From Eutreptiella sp. 'Long Island Sound 2002' (Eukaryota > Protista > Euglenida): 64,000 nucleotides of DNA. The first letter of the stretch is position 1, and each line of letters starts with the position of its first letter. The DNA lies in contig OZ038378.1 of NCBI GenBank assembly GCA_964036045.1, positions 29,822,001 through 29,886,000 on the forward strand, read 5' to 3'. Both the position numbers and the translations under genes were made by a program. A model generated the notes under the pieces. That model did not search any database and was not told the DNA's origin. It was given only the letters and a program-made list of their open reading frames with translations. Below, in pieces: positions 62,321 through 64,000 of the stretch.

Positions 62321-62817
62321 CAGAAAAGGGACATGCAACACAGGTCAGCAACCCCGGCAGGAAGTGTACTCTTTTAACGGTTCCTCGTCTGCAACCCCAG
62401 TCTGCATTCCCCAATCTACAATACGTTCCTGGTTTGCTACCCCATCCTGATGATACATCTTGATCAGGCATCCGTACCAGGAATTTCAATTTTCAATATG
62501 ATGCTTGCCATGGCTCCCAATGTCCAAAGGTAAGCACATCAAGACAACTTACTTTCACAACAGCTTTGCTGTTGTTCTTGTTGCTGCTCTACATGCGCGA
62601 ACCACCTGCGACTGCGGTTCTTGGCGCGGAGAAAATTGGGTTGAGGGGTCGGGGAGGACTTTTGAGCCCATTTTCCAACCCCCCCCCCGTGTGGGCTCTC
62701 AAGTCGGCCCCTTGACTATGCATTGTGGGAATCTGAGCTGGAGGTTGTGGTTGACCTCGATGTTGAAGTGCATGCTATGGAAGGAGCATAATCATCGTGG
62801 GTGCCGTGTGACCTCAC

Positions 62818-63006
62818 CTCACAGGTGTCACCAACCACAAATTCAGTGCAGAACCATGGACCATCAAGAATGCATGTCAATGGCGGCACAAGACATTTTT
62901 GGTAGTAGCCACATTGTTCCAAGCGATTCCCCTCAAAAAACACAATATTGTTGCCCTCCGGCACGTTTAAAGGGTTGCAAGGTGGTAGGGGTACGCTTTG
63001 AATCAC
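62818..63006 (-). pseudogene. Degenerate PHD-finger exon
   Basis: C...NNIVFFEG...QCGYYQKCLVPPL...GPWFCTE follows PHD spacing with some ligands mutated. It ends at donor GAG|GTGAGG. Confidence 0.5.
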
Positions 63007-64000
63007 CCAATGCTTTCTTCACCCGACGGCACAAACCCCACCGGTCTTGAACAAGCTTGTTGTGCTCCAGCAAAGGAAGGAAAAAATGCACCTCATACAC
63101 ATGCACATGCTCGTCATTCCAAAATTGCTCGTACGGGATGGATAGGTGTGAAAACAGTGAAAAGGGCAATGCAATTTTTGGAAGTTGTATTCGGCAAAGC
63201 AGTTGAGTGTCCGAAAAAAGATACCTTTTTGTTCTCACAGTTGAGCAGAAATGATGGGAAGGTCAAGTTAACCTTGGAACCCGGTGGCCTACCTCACCAG
63301 GGGGTGTGTGTGTGTATTTTGCTCAGGCCACTTTGTAGCGGGGATGGGCATTGCGACTCCAAACTGATGAGGAGCCCTAGGTGCCACCATCATCAGTTTT
63401 TTCTTTTCCCCCGTCCCCAATGGATCTCCGATTGGAGGTTCACAAAACTGCACAGGGAATACAACAATGAACGGATAAAGGCTACCGGTCCCCGGCTACT
63501 CCCCAAAATGAGGCCTGTTAACCGCTCCAAAACACGCATGATGCTAGCCTACAACACTCATTGTCGCCGACAATTTTTGATGACCCTACTCAGAAAAAAA
63601 ATTCACTCTTGGACTTGGGAGCCCATCCCCCCCCCGTTTCTGTCGGCCCACATCTCTGGGTGGGGGGCATCAAATGCTCGCTGTAGCTCACGGAGAGTGC
63701 ACCCTCGTGCGTGTGCATGCGGTAGGTGCACTATTTTCCACAGTTCTACCACTGTTGTGCGCCAGGCCTTCATCGCTGCGTGGGGTACGCCCTCTTCATA
63801 CTTCATGTGTGTCATCAGGACAGCCACTGCCGCACCAAATAGGCGGTGCACAAACTCGTCAACCAGTTCGAAGTTGACAACCTCTGTGACCCGGCTGGGT
63901 AGTAGACATGCGTTCTACAAGCATGCACGCCACCAACTCATAGGCCCCAAGTACCATGTAGCGAGGGGAGCCAAACATCTCGTGCCGGCGCCCATTCTGG

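Noticed and set aside
58418-62693. RSS-like TIRs (CACACGG...CCAAAAACT at 58418; CCGTGTG at 62687)
   Set aside because: Only 7 bp match, the spacer is 20 nt rather than 12/23, and the flanks (TTGAG versus GGCTC) are not a TSD. Kept only as a candidate left end.

Overview
Eukaryotic, repeat-dense window. It is most likely from a photosynthetic euglenid, inferred from a class-I bipartite plastid presequence, a split NDUFS1 and SL-type acceptor sites; the organism was not verified by search. I can reconstruct three host genes. (i) A 2-exon, ~524-aa C-terminal half of complex I NDUFS1 (minus, 14487-12545). (ii) An intronless RPAP3-type co-chaperone (plus, 16678-18315). (iii) A 3-exon, ~464-aa plastid-targeted FIST-domain gene (minus, 55836-31456) whose second intron is ~21.7 kb and packed with mobile DNA. 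The rest is decayed mobile elements and repeats: a chromodomain Ty3/gypsy pol with LTR, two LINEs, a pogo-like element with intact TIRs and TA TSD, a Ulp1-protease relic, a foldback repeat, 195-bp and 85-bp tandem arrays, and microsatellites. The most notable item is an intron-containing RAG1/Transib-like DDE transposase relic (minus, ~58400-62480) with a degenerate PHD exon upstream. The repeats also show a CpA->TpA / TpG->TpA mutational skew (RIP-like) that the host exons lack. All family calls are by-eye motif recognition without database searches.
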